64,000 nucleotides of DNA from Candidatus Kapaibacterium sp. (GCA_963665665.1 OY762428.1:1-64000), one strand, 5' to 3'; shown: positions 9,981-19,844, numbered from the stretch's first letter. A program made the numbers and translations. Notes: generated from the letters alone by a model not told the origin.

Positions 9981-9985
9981 TAGTA

Positions 9986-10312
9986 TTATTTCTTTCTGAA
10001 CTTCAGTTCTGCCCCGTCACGGCGTAGCATGGTAAGCTCATTCTCTTCGATTTCAATTTTCACAAAATATGCTTCCTTGCTTTGAGGAATAAATTCGCAG
10101 CTGGATGACAATTCATATCGCCCCTTATCAAGTTCAACCATATTACCGTTCATATCTCCATCTGTCATAACCACATAGTGGTAATCAGACATCTCAATAG
10201 TAATGCCCTGATCTGAATTAACGTATAGTCCTTCAAAATTATCACAATGCCTGGGCCCACAGGAAATAATCAGCATAAATAACAATAAAATCACAGGAAT
10301 AATTTTCTTCAT
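9986..10312 (-). CDS. small hypothetical lipoprotein
   Basis: MKK plus hydrophobic stretch and IISC lipobox, GGAG upstream. Confidence 0.65.
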   Translation of the reverse strand: MKKIIPVILLLFMLIISCGPRHCDNFEGLYVNSDQGITIEMSDYHYVVMTDGDMNGNMVELDKGRYELSSSCEFIPQSKEAYFVKIEIEENELTMLRRDGAELKFRKK

Positions 10313-10538
10313 TAATAACTCCGGGGAGTGTTGAATAAATCATTTATTCAATATTAAAAAAAAATGGCTTTTTTCCAATTGTTTTTTAAAATTGAAGAAA
10401 TATCATTTGTTTTTTTTGAAAGATATACATATATAATTTTTTTTAATACTAACACTATTGTTCCTAAAAAAATAATTGATTATTTTATGGTTTAAAACGA
10501 TAAAATATTAATAATTATTAACGATTTACGGAATTATC

Positions 10539-12281
10539 ATGACCAATAAAATTCTAACCATATTACTTCTGAGTATGCTTTTCATATCCTGCTCCGAGGA
10601 TAAAACTGTTTCTTATGATTACCAGAGAACTATTGTGCTTCTTACTGATCATGAAGAAAGTTCAGATTTTGTAATAACTTTCAAGGGTATGGTTTCATCA
10701 GAATACCCTGACACAAGAATTGAATTTATTAAGGCTAAGGATTTGAATATTCATGAAGCATCATACCAGCTATTGCTTGCAGCTCAATATTATCCTGAAG
10801 GTAGCGTATTCGTTGCAGAGATCGATCCGGGAGCTTCTTCAAAAAAAATGGTTTTCAGCTCAGGTGATAAAAATTTTCTTGTTCCTGACAACGGCCTTGC
10901 CTCGAGAGTAATGGCCAAAATGAACACAAGCAATTTTTACTACGTTGAAAACACCGATATTCTTGATGGAATAGACCCGGAAACAGCAAATTTTGACGAA
11001 GTATTTGCTGCTGCTGCAAATACACTGCTTCGAAAAATCGATTTGAATAAATTCGGATCGTCGGTAGAATCCCCTGTACGTTTTGAAATTCAGGATGCAA
11101 AATTGGATAATGGCAATGTAATGGGCGAATTCTTATACTTCGATAATTTCGGAAACGGTTCAACAAATATCCCCGGAAATTTAATGGATGGATTCGAGCA
11201 GGGCGACCTTCTTAAAATCCAGCTTGGCAGTAATGTTTGCTTTGCAACTTTTGGAACAAGCTATAGTTCGGTCCCCTATAGTCAAAATGTTGTTTTCGTT
11301 AATGCTTCTGACCTGCTGACTATTGCAGTAAACTACGGAAGTATCGAAAAGCGTTATAACCTGACTGCCAGCGATGATATTACCATTAGTAAAGCAAGCG
11401 CAAAAATCGGCATATTGAAATATAACGATTCCGAGGTGGTACTTGACATCATGGAGCACGCAAAAGCTCAAATAACTTCTCTCGGTTTTGACGATAACAA
11501 AATATCTTATATCGAAAAAAATGCTAACGGCGATGTATCAAAATTTTCCGGCCTTTGCCAGGAACTTACAGATGCTTCGGTGGATTTAGTATTATCTGTA
11601 TCAACTCCGGCATCACAGGCTGCTATAAACTTCCTACCTGAAGAAATCCCGCTTGTATTTACTTATGTTACCGATCCTGAATCAGCAGGGATTTTGGATA
11701 TCAGAACAACCACGGGGCTTTCTGATGCAACAAATTTCCAGGATTATATGAATTTCGTTTTGAAGCTCCTTCCCGAAACTGAAATTCTCGGAACAGCATA
11801 TAACGACCTTGAAGCAAACGCCAGCTATGGAAACAGCGAACTAAAAAAAATTGCAGCAATTCATGGCATTACATTATTCTCTGAAAAGGTTCATTCACCA
11901 GACGAATTCGAAACTGCTTTCAACAATCTCATCAACAACAATTCAGAAGCTATTCTTATCGTTGCAGACAACACTATGTCCAACAATATGGAAGAATTCG
12001 CAGCTATTTCATGGAATGGCGGAAGTAATCTGCCTGTTATCGGAGACTCTTATGTTCATTGCAAGGATGGCGCACTGGCATCAATTTCTGTTAATTACGG
12101 CGAGCTTGGTACGGAAACCGGCAACTACCTGATAGCCGCCCTCAGAGGCAGGCCTCTTTCTGAAATGGAAGTAAAGAAATTCCATACAAGTGTTATAGCT
12201 ATAAATAAGGCAACAGCCGGAAAAATTGGCTTCACTTTCCCGCAGGAAATACTTGATTCGGCTGAATACGTTTACGAATAA
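10539..12281 (+). CDS. lipoprotein: SAM hydroxide adenosyltransferase/halogenase-like (DUF62) module fused to an ABC_sub_bind-type substrate-binding domain
   Basis: FISC lipobox. N-half has IVLLTD, IDPG, PDNGL, DNFGN, IAVNYGS. C-half has TPASQAA, PLVFTYVTDP, TGLSD, YNDLEAN, GALAS, INKATAGKIG. Confidence 0.82.
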   Translation: MTNKILTILLLSMLFISCSEDKTVSYDYQRTIVLLTDHEESSDFVITFKGMVSSEYPDTRIEFIKAKDLNIHEASYQLLLAAQYYPEGSVFVAEIDPGASSKKMVFSSGDKNFLVPDNGLASRVMAKMNTSNFYYVENTDILDGIDPETANFDEVFAAAANTLLRKIDLNKFGSSVESPVRFEIQDAKLDNGNVMGEFLYFDNFGNGSTNIPGNLMDGFEQGDLLKIQLGSNVCFATFGTSYSSVPYSQNVVFVNASDLLTIAVNYGSIEKRYNLTASDDITISKASAKIGILKYNDSEVVLDIMEHAKAQITSLGFDDNKISYIEKNANGDVSKFSGLCQELTDASVDLVLSVSTPASQAAINFLPEEIPLVFTYVTDPESAGILDIRTTTGLSDATNFQDYMNFVLKLLPETEILGTAYNDLEANASYGNSELKKIAAIHGITLFSEKVHSPDEFETAFNNLINNNSEAILIVADNTMSNNMEEFAAISWNGGSNLPVIGDSYVHCKDGALASISVNYGELGTETGNYLIAALRGRPLSEMEVKKFHTSVIAINKATAGKIGFTFPQEILDSAEYVYE

Positions 12282-12307
12282 TCAAGGCTAATTTGATTTT
12301 ACAAAAA

Positions 12308-12334
12308 ACGTCCGGCTTGTATTAGTCGGACGTT
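12308..12334. terminator. bidirectional terminator hairpin between convergent genes
   Basis: aacgtccggct-N-agtcggacgtt stem with A-rich and T-rich flanks. Confidence 0.6.
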
Positions 12335-12349
12335 CTGTTTAGTAGAAAA

Positions 12350-12380
12350 CTCGTCCAATGATTCCAAATCATTGGACGAG
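12350..12380 (-). repeat. conserved hairpin family, divergent copy (terminator-like)
   Basis: ctcgtccaatgat...atcattggacgag. Compensatory variant of the CTCAYCCGAC/ATCGGATGAG hairpin. Confidence 0.5.
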
Positions 12381-12406
12381 CAAATAATATAAATTGAGTT
12401 TTATAG

Positions 12407-15085
12407 CTATTTATTCAGAACAACTTTGCCCTCTGTTGAGAATTTCTCGCCGGCAACCCTGAACAAATAAACGCCGTTTGTCAGGTTAGCGCCGTCAATT
12501 GTGAAATCGTGAATACCGGCTGATATACTGCCGCTGAATATATCCATTACTTTCTGCCCGTTTACGTCAAAAAGTTCTACATTGATTTTCTGAGTTTCCG
12601 GCAGGTTCAGGCTAAAGCTTGTGCTTATATCAAACGGGTTTGGTGAAGCAGTACTAAGCTGCACCATATCCAAATCAGCCTTATTACGTTTAATCACGAA
12701 CCAGTTACCGGACTGTTTGGGGCGTCCAGTTTCCGGGTAAGGCCACCACACTTCATCGAATTTCATTCCGAGGTATGGATATACAAAATTCTTTTCGAGC
12801 GGCGTAAGATATTTATTATAAAGCTGCACTTCGCCAATCCAGCCGTCAAAGTGGTCGGAATATGTTTCGCCTGTATTATAATCGTGGTAGCAGGTACGGG
12901 CGGCTCCGCCAACAGCAGTTAAATCATTCTGAGTAACTTCATTCGTCATATCGCGTGAAAGGCCGCTGAAATCAATCAATTCCGACAAGTATTCCTGGCT
13001 TGGATCAGAACCGTCCTTAAGCACCGCGCGGAACTGCTTGTTTGCAGCATTATATTCCAGGTTTGCCAGGTAAACCGTATTCGGCTGGATCAGATCTTCC
13101 ATCGGGATCATGGCGAAACATTCCTCAAACCGGTTCCACATACCATAAACCAGTTTGCCGTCAGCCATGTAGATATTATATCCGGACATGGGGCCGCCTG
13201 CTTCGAAAATACACTGGCGTCCGTCACTGTAATATGATGGATTCTCGCTTTCAATGCCATCGATAACAGAACTTGTTCCGAATACAACATATAGGTCTTT
13301 ATCTTTTGCATCAGGATTCCAGAGATCCTGCTCGGCTGTAGTAATCTCCTGATTATAAGGAGCTGTAAGGATGTCATTATTTGCATAGCCTGAATTTGTA
13401 TAATCAGTTGAAAATTTAACGGCAGGCATGCCGTTGATGCCGACATTGTCATAAATCGGCATTCTTGCCGGCAAGGACATAGTAGCATCTTCTTCTGTGT
13501 CCGTCTTGTCGTCCCAGTCGCTGACGGCAGTTCCCGGTGCGGGGTTATTGTAATAATTATCATCACCATCAATATCAAGACCGTCGTACCAGAGAACGAG
13601 AGAACTCTCGGAAGGATATTGTGGCGGATCAGGATCGGGATTACAACCATAGCTGAGGCCGTTTTGTTCAGTATTGAAAATTGCTGCTATTTGTTCATCG
13701 GATAATGTAATATTATACACTTTTAATTCATCAATCAGACCATCCCACCAATGCTGTATGGGTGAATCATCATTAACCCTTACAGCACCGATAATTACAT
13801 CTCTGTCCGTTTCGACAGGACCAGTAACATTCTCGGCTGTATTATTTAATATTCCGTTTATATAGATTTTCCATGTACCCTTATTATTTGAAGAGTTTGT
13901 CTGCTCGTAAGTACATGCAACGTGAATCCATTCGTTCAGGTGATCAGCCAGTCTGAAGTTTTGCGCTTCAACACCTTTTGCTCCTGAATTCCATGTCCTG
14001 AAAGTTAAAATTCCCTGACTGCTGCTATTTGTTTTTAATTCATATTGAGTGATCTGTTTATTATTTCCTTTCGAGAACACCTGTCTGTCTTTTCCTGTGC
14101 TGAAAGCAAAAATCCAGGTACTAAGTGAAATATTATTGGTCAGGTTCAACTTATCCGGCTTGCCTACATCCATATATGCATTTCCCTCAAACATTGACGA
14201 GCGGTTATTATGCCCGACAAAACCGATAGCTCCATGATTTGTTGCATTAGCAGGATCAGTAGTAACCCAGTCTTTACCCAGATTGCCGCATTCATCGAAG
14301 CGCCAGTCAGCAATGGGGATGGGGAGGGGAGCAGCTCTAAAATCAATTATCCCGCGATTTCCATTTACTAAAGTAATTACCAATCCGTCAACCAAGCCAT
14401 CAAATCCGTCCCATCCTGAATCAGTTTGAAGTGTGATTGATTTTATTTTTTCATTACTATAGTCATGAATAGCTGATCCATCACCTTTCCAATCAATCTC
14501 ACCATTTCGCAACTCTGCTAATGTAGCATAGTATCCATTCAAACCTCTCGGGCTGTCATAAAAAACTAATTGATTTGTTGTCGAAGCGGCTGCATTTGTT
14601 GACCATTTATTCCATGTATTCGAGACAAATGAATTACCATAGTTTGGCCCATAATCAGGCAAAGCATGCAATCGGCTATCATACCATGAACCGGCATCAT
14701 AATCATCGCCTTCTTCAATTGTATAAATTGACAACCACCAATCAGCTCTGGTGGTAATAGTTGATGGTTTTTTTGTCCAAAAACTAATAGATTGAATATC
14801 TGAAATTTTCAGGTTATGTCCGGAACCAAAAAGATCCTCAAGATTAATTGCCTGCCCTGAAGTTACATCTTCAAACCAAACATGGTAATTACTCTTTCCT
14901 GTTAACGGTCCTTGCCAACAACTTGCACCAAATCCTGCAGGAGCATCACCAATAACTTTTCTTGGTGTTTCTTCATCAGAAGGATAATCATACTCTTCCA
15001 AGATTACATCGGTGGCCAACATAATTGAAGAACTGAAAAACATTGCTGCTAAAAGAAGTATTAACTTTTTCATTTTTAAATCCAT
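12407..15085 (-). CDS. secreted LamG/concanavalin-like domain protein with T9SS sorting domain
   Basis: Signal peptide, LamG motifs (WRFDE, WIHVACTY, IYING, DGLIDELKVYN), C-terminal PNPF...GVYLFRV..GKVVLNK. Confidence 0.85.
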   Translation of the reverse strand: MDLKMKKLILLLAAMFFSSSIMLATDVILEEYDYPSDEETPRKVIGDAPAGFGASCWQGPLTGKSNYHVWFEDVTSGQAINLEDLFGSGHNLKISDIQSISFWTKKPSTITTRADWWLSIYTIEEGDDYDAGSWYDSRLHALPDYGPNYGNSFVSNTWNKWSTNAAASTTNQLVFYDSPRGLNGYYATLAELRNGEIDWKGDGSAIHDYSNEKIKSITLQTDSGWDGFDGLVDGLVITLVNGNRGIIDFRAAPLPIPIADWRFDECGNLGKDWVTTDPANATNHGAIGFVGHNNRSSMFEGNAYMDVGKPDKLNLTNNISLSTWIFAFSTGKDRQVFSKGNNKQITQYELKTNSSSQGILTFRTWNSGAKGVEAQNFRLADHLNEWIHVACTYEQTNSSNNKGTWKIYINGILNNTAENVTGPVETDRDVIIGAVRVNDDSPIQHWWDGLIDELKVYNITLSDEQIAAIFNTEQNGLSYGCNPDPDPPQYPSESSLVLWYDGLDIDGDDNYYNNPAPGTAVSDWDDKTDTEEDATMSLPARMPIYDNVGINGMPAVKFSTDYTNSGYANNDILTAPYNQEITTAEQDLWNPDAKDKDLYVVFGTSSVIDGIESENPSYYSDGRQCIFEAGGPMSGYNIYMADGKLVYGMWNRFEECFAMIPMEDLIQPNTVYLANLEYNAANKQFRAVLKDGSDPSQEYLSELIDFSGLSRDMTNEVTQNDLTAVGGAARTCYHDYNTGETYSDHFDGWIGEVQLYNKYLTPLEKNFVYPYLGMKFDEVWWPYPETGRPKQSGNWFVIKRNKADLDMVQLSTASPNPFDISTSFSLNLPETQKINVELFDVNGQKVMDIFSGSISAGIHDFTIDGANLTNGVYLFRVAGEKFSTEGKVVLNK

Positions 15086-15140
15086 AATTTGAAAAACAAT
15101 TTTTAATTATCTTCCCTAATTTCATAAATTCAATGCAATT

Positions 15141-15214
15141 ATGAAATACCAAGAACATGGTATTTTGAAAAAATACGGGAAAATACGTAGATGACTACGT
15201 GTTTTCACGTATAT
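15141..15214 (-). promoter_or_regulatory. 74-bp palindromic upstream element, copy 1 (putative operator)
   Basis: 66/74 identical to 19688-19761. Contains AAATACCA-N6-TGGTATTT and an 18-bp imperfect inverted repeat. Confidence 0.7.
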
Positions 15215-15243
15215 GAAATCATCTGCATCTCCAAAAAAGAAAT

Positions 15244-15310
15244 CTCCCGAAGTACTGCCCCGGAAAATCATGGATTTAAGTTTCCGGAACCCGGAAGATG
15301 ACTTCGGGAG
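15244..15310. other. branched hairpin in intergenic region
   Basis: Outer stem ctcccgaagt/acttcgggag encloses inner stem ccggaaa/tttccgg. T-tracts on both strands. Confidence 0.5.
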
Positions 15311-15322
15311 TTTTTAAAAGCT

Positions 15323-15353
15323 CTCATCCGACAACTAAAAGCCATCGGATGAG
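15323..15353 (-). repeat. conserved hairpin family copy
   Basis: ctcatccgac-N11-atcggatgag, about 25 nt past the stop of 15379..19587. Confidence 0.65.
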
Positions 15354-15378
15354 TAATGATCTCAATTAAAATAAAGTA

Positions 15379-18300
15379 CTATTTATTCAGAACAACTTTA
15401 CCGTCAGCTTTGAAGTTCTCACCGACAACCCTGAATATATAAACGCCGTTTGTAAGGTTAGCGCCGTCAATTGTGAAGTCATGGATACCTTTCGAAAGAT
15501 TTCCGCTGAATATATCAGTTACTTTGTTACCCATAGCGTCATAAAGTTCAATAATAACATTCTGCTCAATCGGCAGATTAACACTGAAAGAACTTGTAGC
15601 ATCGAATGGATTGGGGTATGCAGCTGAAACTGATTCGAAACCTTCAATCCTGTTATTTTCAATTACTTTCCAGCCTGATCCGATTTTACCCGGCACTTCT
15701 CCTTGTTCAGGGAAATAGCGTGCGCTGAGATAATCAATAATCTCCTGGGGATCGAATTCTTCATCGCCACCGCCAACGACAGGAGTTCCGGGAGCAACAT
15801 ACTCATGATCATAGACAATAACGTCACCAATAGTACCGCCAAACTGGTCTGAATATGTTTCTCCGGTATTATAGTTGTGATAACATGTTCTGGCAGCTCC
15901 GCCGATACCTGTTTCATCGCCGTTACCTGCAGTTTCATCTTTGGAAATTCCTGCAAATGACAGCCCTGGCGACTGTGCATATTCGTTCCCGTCGGGATCG
16001 AATATTCTGGCTGTCATTATTTCATCATTATAAGAAAGATGGATAATATATGATTTTGTCGGATCAAGAGGATATAAATCATCTCCTTCTGTGGAAGGAT
16101 CATACATAAGGAATCTGTCCTGGAAGCGATTCCACATACCAAATACAACTTTACCATTGTATAGATAAACATTATATCCTGAAAGCGGTCCGCCGGCCTC
16201 GAAAATAACTTTCCTGCCATCATTGTAGTAACTGCCGTTATCATTCAGATCGGCGCCATCGTCAGGACGGAATGCTATGAATAGGTCCTTACCGTTTTTG
16301 GAAGGATTCCACTGATCAGTTTCAGAACTTGTAACATCGTCGGAATGCTCTACAGTCATGATATCAGAATTAGCATAGCCTGTGTTTGAATAGTCATTGG
16401 CAAATGCAACTGCCGGGCCATCGTTGAATATCATAGAGCCATACATTGGCTGGCGTGATTCCTGATCCATTGAAGCATCATTATTATTGCAGCTGGCATC
16501 ATCCCAATCACTAACATTACCGCTGTGTCCTAACAGAAGTGTCGGGCTAAGCCATAGGACTGCATCCTGGCCAATCCAGGGTTCGTAGTCAACATAATCA
16601 GTTACAGCAGCACCATTTCCAGGACCAACACCAGAGGGGCCATCGCAGGAGCCCCACCAGTTGTAGCGGCCGTCAACTCCATCAATAGATGTTACATTTG
16701 TAATACCAATAGCATCTTTATCAAAATGATTATAATTTATCTTTACAGAAGCAGCAGACATATTATCTTCTACTTTAACAGAGTTTGCATCGAATACTTC
16801 GTCGGGAAAATCTGTTTTATGCTGAGTAAGATTTGTAATTTTATTATGTTTTACAATAGCGTCAGGAGTGTTACCTTCAAGACCTATGGCTGTAGTCCAA
16901 TAACCTTCCAGATTATCTATGATATTATTACTAATAATCGGATTTATTGTACCATTTCCAATTTTATCATCATCTGATCCATTATTTGTATTAATAAGAA
17001 TACCATAAGCACCTTTCCCTCCACTGGACCAATCTTTGGTGTAGCAAGCAGAAACATTTGATATCTTATTATTCTCAATGCTAAGACCTTGAAGAGTTCC
17101 AGTCGCATTTGACCAACCAACAACTATAGCTGCTCCAGAACCATTATTATCTTTACCAGTTGGTGTTGTTTCATTATTGAGATTTAGATTCTCTCCACCT
17201 TTGATATTGTTAAATGTATTGTGCAAAATCTGCACATTGTCAGCAATAGCACTGCCAAGAACATATCCTATTGCATAAGCTACACCGCTAGTTTTATTCG
17301 TTCCTGTTCCAATTTCAGAAAAAATATTATTTTGAATCAATAAATTGCTAACTCCGTTGGCATAAACACCATAATTCCCATCAGGATTGTGAATAGTTAG
17401 CCCCTGAAGAGTAACATTATCAGCGGAAACAATAATCTGGCCATTAATTACAGGTGTGCTGCCGGCCTGAATTGTAAGCTCTTTTGTTACAGTAATGTTT
17501 TCATTATATACGCCGTCGCCTGCCTGCAGGATATGGCCATTATCAGTATCAGTATCGTCAATGGCATCTTTGATTGAGCAGAACCATTTACCTGTGTTCA
17601 GATTTGTAACAATACCTCCCGTGCCTGAACAAGTACCTTCGTAAGGTTGGAAACCGTGAGTGGCTGGTTTGGAATCAGTTCCTGAAGTTAGGTAAGGAAT
17701 AAAATCAACATTACCCAAAATTCCTTCCATAACATCGCAATGAGAAGATGTTCCCCACCAGTTGCAAGTGGCATCTAATACTGTTTCGCTTTCAGATTTT
17801 ACTAAAAGCGGACAGTTCGCATGAAAATGGTTATCATTTATAATGTTTCCGGATGAAGTCCAATCCTGCCAAACTCCTGATGCATTCCGCCTGTGTCCGT
17901 CCCTTAAATGAATTGCTGGTAAAGAATTTCCTGAACTAAAGTAATTATTATAAACTTCATTGTCCTTACTAGCCATAATATGAATTCCGGTTGAATTACT
18001 TCCTACACAACTATTGTTTCTAATTATTGTTGCATCAGACTTCCAAAGATAAATTCCATTTCCGTTATTATCAGAAATATTATTAAATTCTACAATATTA
18101 TTTGCGCAATACTCTGCAATATATATTCCCCCTTCGCCAGAGTTATTAGTAATTTCGTTGTTCCTGACAATATTATTATCAGACCCGTTAAGATATGAGC
18201 ATCCGGTAAAGCCAAGAGCAGCTGCATCTTCATCATTATTTATCCAAACGCCACAAGCTGCATTTGAAGTAATATTATTAGATTCAATAATATTTTCATC

Positions 18301-19587
18301 CGATCCTGCTAAAGCAATACCAATAAAATTATTAAATAAATTGTTATTATAAATCTGACAACCGGAATTCTGAACCATAGCAATACCACAGGCTGGTGAC
18401 GATAATCCGGAATTTCTGATTGTGAAACCTGTAATGGTAATATTATCCCCGGTCAATATTAATATTGGCAAACCGGAATTATTCCCGTCAATTGCTGGTT
18501 TAGAGCTACCATTACCAATCAAGTTCAAAGTTTTACCAACGGTTACCTGCTCCACATAAGTACCGCCCATTACGTTCACTGTGCCGCCATCTGCAACGGC
18601 ATCAACACCCATTTGGATATTTTTGTATGTATCATTGAAATTTCCCTTTGCAGGGTGTGGTGTAACAATAGTACTTGAAGCATCTACAAAAATATGACTG
18701 CGATTACCTGTCAATGTTGAATAATTTACAGCTCGTCGGTCAAGAACATAGGCACTGTTGTTTAATTCAGACAGAGAAATGACACTTTGTTGATAATCCG
18801 GATCATAAGCTGCTGTATTCCATACAATATCCCACTCATTGTGGTCAATCAGCCCGGCAACATTCGAATCCCATATATTTCCTGTCATAGTTCTGTTATT
18901 AGCATCAGCCTGGCTGCTGGTATAATTCATTATACCGCCCTTGGTATTGAATATACGATTATTTGATATGCCATCCGGATTTCCAAAATTGGAGTTTCTG
19001 ACAACAATTCCGTTTCGTGTATTATAAATTGTATTCCCTGTAATTGAGAATCCGTTAACAGAATTATTGCTCAATGTAATTGCACGGGCCACCCAACCGC
19101 TCATTGGAACAGGCTGTGCCGGAATATACAATTTACAATCCCTGATTTGTAAGCTACTAATACCGGCATTTACAGGAACGGCAATCAGGGAACTTTCATA
19201 TTCTCCCGAAGGATATGTACTAAATACTTCAGAGACAGTCAGAGTAAGATGCCTGATTAGGACATTGGAAGCAGAAATATTAAATATCTGAACAGCATCA
19301 ACTGTATTTCCGATAATTATGTGATTGTTTTTATCAGCACTTGTACCAATAATCGTCATTGACTTATCAATTCCAATTGTTGAGCCGACATAGTAACTGC
19401 CACCCTCAACATTCACCGTTCCACCCACAGCAACGGCGTCAACGCCATCCTGGATGTTATTGAAATGCGTTGTATTCCACCCGGATGTTGATGAATTGAA
19501 ATCATCATCAACATAAACAGTTGCAGGTTGAGCAAATAAATTCGCCGCACCCATTACAAAAAATAGCACTAGTAAAATTCTCTTCAT
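15379..19587 (-). CDS. large secreted right-handed beta-helix (NosD/pectin-lyase-like) protein with LamG-like module and T9SS sorting domain
   Basis: Signal peptide, repeated IQ.GVDAV..GGTVNV.GG.Y units, Asn/Ile-rich beta-helix repeats, NWWG motifs, T9SS CTD. Confidence 0.85.
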   Translation of the reverse strand: MKRILLVLFFVMGAANLFAQPATVYVDDDFNSSTSGWNTTHFNNIQDGVDAVAVGGTVNVEGGSYYVGSTIGIDKSMTIIGTSADKNNHIIIGNTVDAVQIFNISASNVLIRHLTLTVSEVFSTYPSGEYESSLIAVPVNAGISSLQIRDCKLYIPAQPVPMSGWVARAITLSNNSVNGFSITGNTIYNTRNGIVVRNSNFGNPDGISNNRIFNTKGGIMNYTSSQADANNRTMTGNIWDSNVAGLIDHNEWDIVWNTAAYDPDYQQSVISLSELNNSAYVLDRRAVNYSTLTGNRSHIFVDASSTIVTPHPAKGNFNDTYKNIQMGVDAVADGGTVNVMGGTYVEQVTVGKTLNLIGNGSSKPAIDGNNSGLPILILTGDNITITGFTIRNSGLSSPACGIAMVQNSGCQIYNNNLFNNFIGIALAGSDENIIESNNITSNAACGVWINNDEDAAALGFTGCSYLNGSDNNIVRNNEITNNSGEGGIYIAEYCANNIVEFNNISDNNGNGIYLWKSDATIIRNNSCVGSNSTGIHIMASKDNEVYNNYFSSGNSLPAIHLRDGHRRNASGVWQDWTSSGNIINDNHFHANCPLLVKSESETVLDATCNWWGTSSHCDVMEGILGNVDFIPYLTSGTDSKPATHGFQPYEGTCSGTGGIVTNLNTGKWFCSIKDAIDDTDTDNGHILQAGDGVYNENITVTKELTIQAGSTPVINGQIIVSADNVTLQGLTIHNPDGNYGVYANGVSNLLIQNNIFSEIGTGTNKTSGVAYAIGYVLGSAIADNVQILHNTFNNIKGGENLNLNNETTPTGKDNNGSGAAIVVGWSNATGTLQGLSIENNKISNVSACYTKDWSSGGKGAYGILINTNNGSDDDKIGNGTINPIISNNIIDNLEGYWTTAIGLEGNTPDAIVKHNKITNLTQHKTDFPDEVFDANSVKVEDNMSAASVKINYNHFDKDAIGITNVTSIDGVDGRYNWWGSCDGPSGVGPGNGAAVTDYVDYEPWIGQDAVLWLSPTLLLGHSGNVSDWDDASCNNNDASMDQESRQPMYGSMIFNDGPAVAFANDYSNTGYANSDIMTVEHSDDVTSSETDQWNPSKNGKDLFIAFRPDDGADLNDNGSYYNDGRKVIFEAGGPLSGYNVYLYNGKVVFGMWNRFQDRFLMYDPSTEGDDLYPLDPTKSYIIHLSYNDEIMTARIFDPDGNEYAQSPGLSFAGISKDETAGNGDETGIGGAARTCYHNYNTGETYSDQFGGTIGDVIVYDHEYVAPGTPVVGGGDEEFDPQEIIDYLSARYFPEQGEVPGKIGSGWKVIENNRIEGFESVSAAYPNPFDATSSFSVNLPIEQNVIIELYDAMGNKVTDIFSGNLSKGIHDFTIDGANLTNGVYIFRVVGENFKADGKVVLNK

Positions 19588-19662
19588 CTTATTAATTCCT
19601 TAAATAATTTAAACATTGTTATTATAAAGTTTCTCATACTTTTTTTCTTCTTTTCCAATGTT

Positions 19663-19670
19663 CAAATGTA
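19663..19670 (-). promoter_or_regulatory. Bacteroidota-type -7 promoter motif TAnnTTTG
   Basis: TACATTTG on minus strand between the 74-bp element and the start at 19587. Confidence 0.45.
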
Positions 19671-19687
19671 TAGAATCAACTAAGGCA

Positions 19688-19761
19688 ATGAAATACCAAG
19701 AACATGGTATTTTGGAAAAATACGGGAATATACTTAGTCGGCTACGTGTTTTTACGGATAT
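19688..19761 (-). promoter_or_regulatory. 74-bp palindromic upstream element, copy 2 (putative operator)
   Basis: Near-identical to 15141-15214, upstream of the paralogous T9SS gene. Confidence 0.7.
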
Positions 19762-19790
19762 AGTCCTGTGCAAGCGAAATATCAAAAAAA

Positions 19791-19820
19791 ATCACCCGAC
19801 AAAAGAAATTATCGGATGAG
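19791..19820 (-). repeat. conserved hairpin family copy
   Basis: atcacccgac-aaaagaaatt-atcggatgag with A-run flank, about 24 nt past the serine hydrolase stop. Confidence 0.65.
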
Positions 19821-19844
19821 TAATATATCAAAGTTTAAGAAAGA

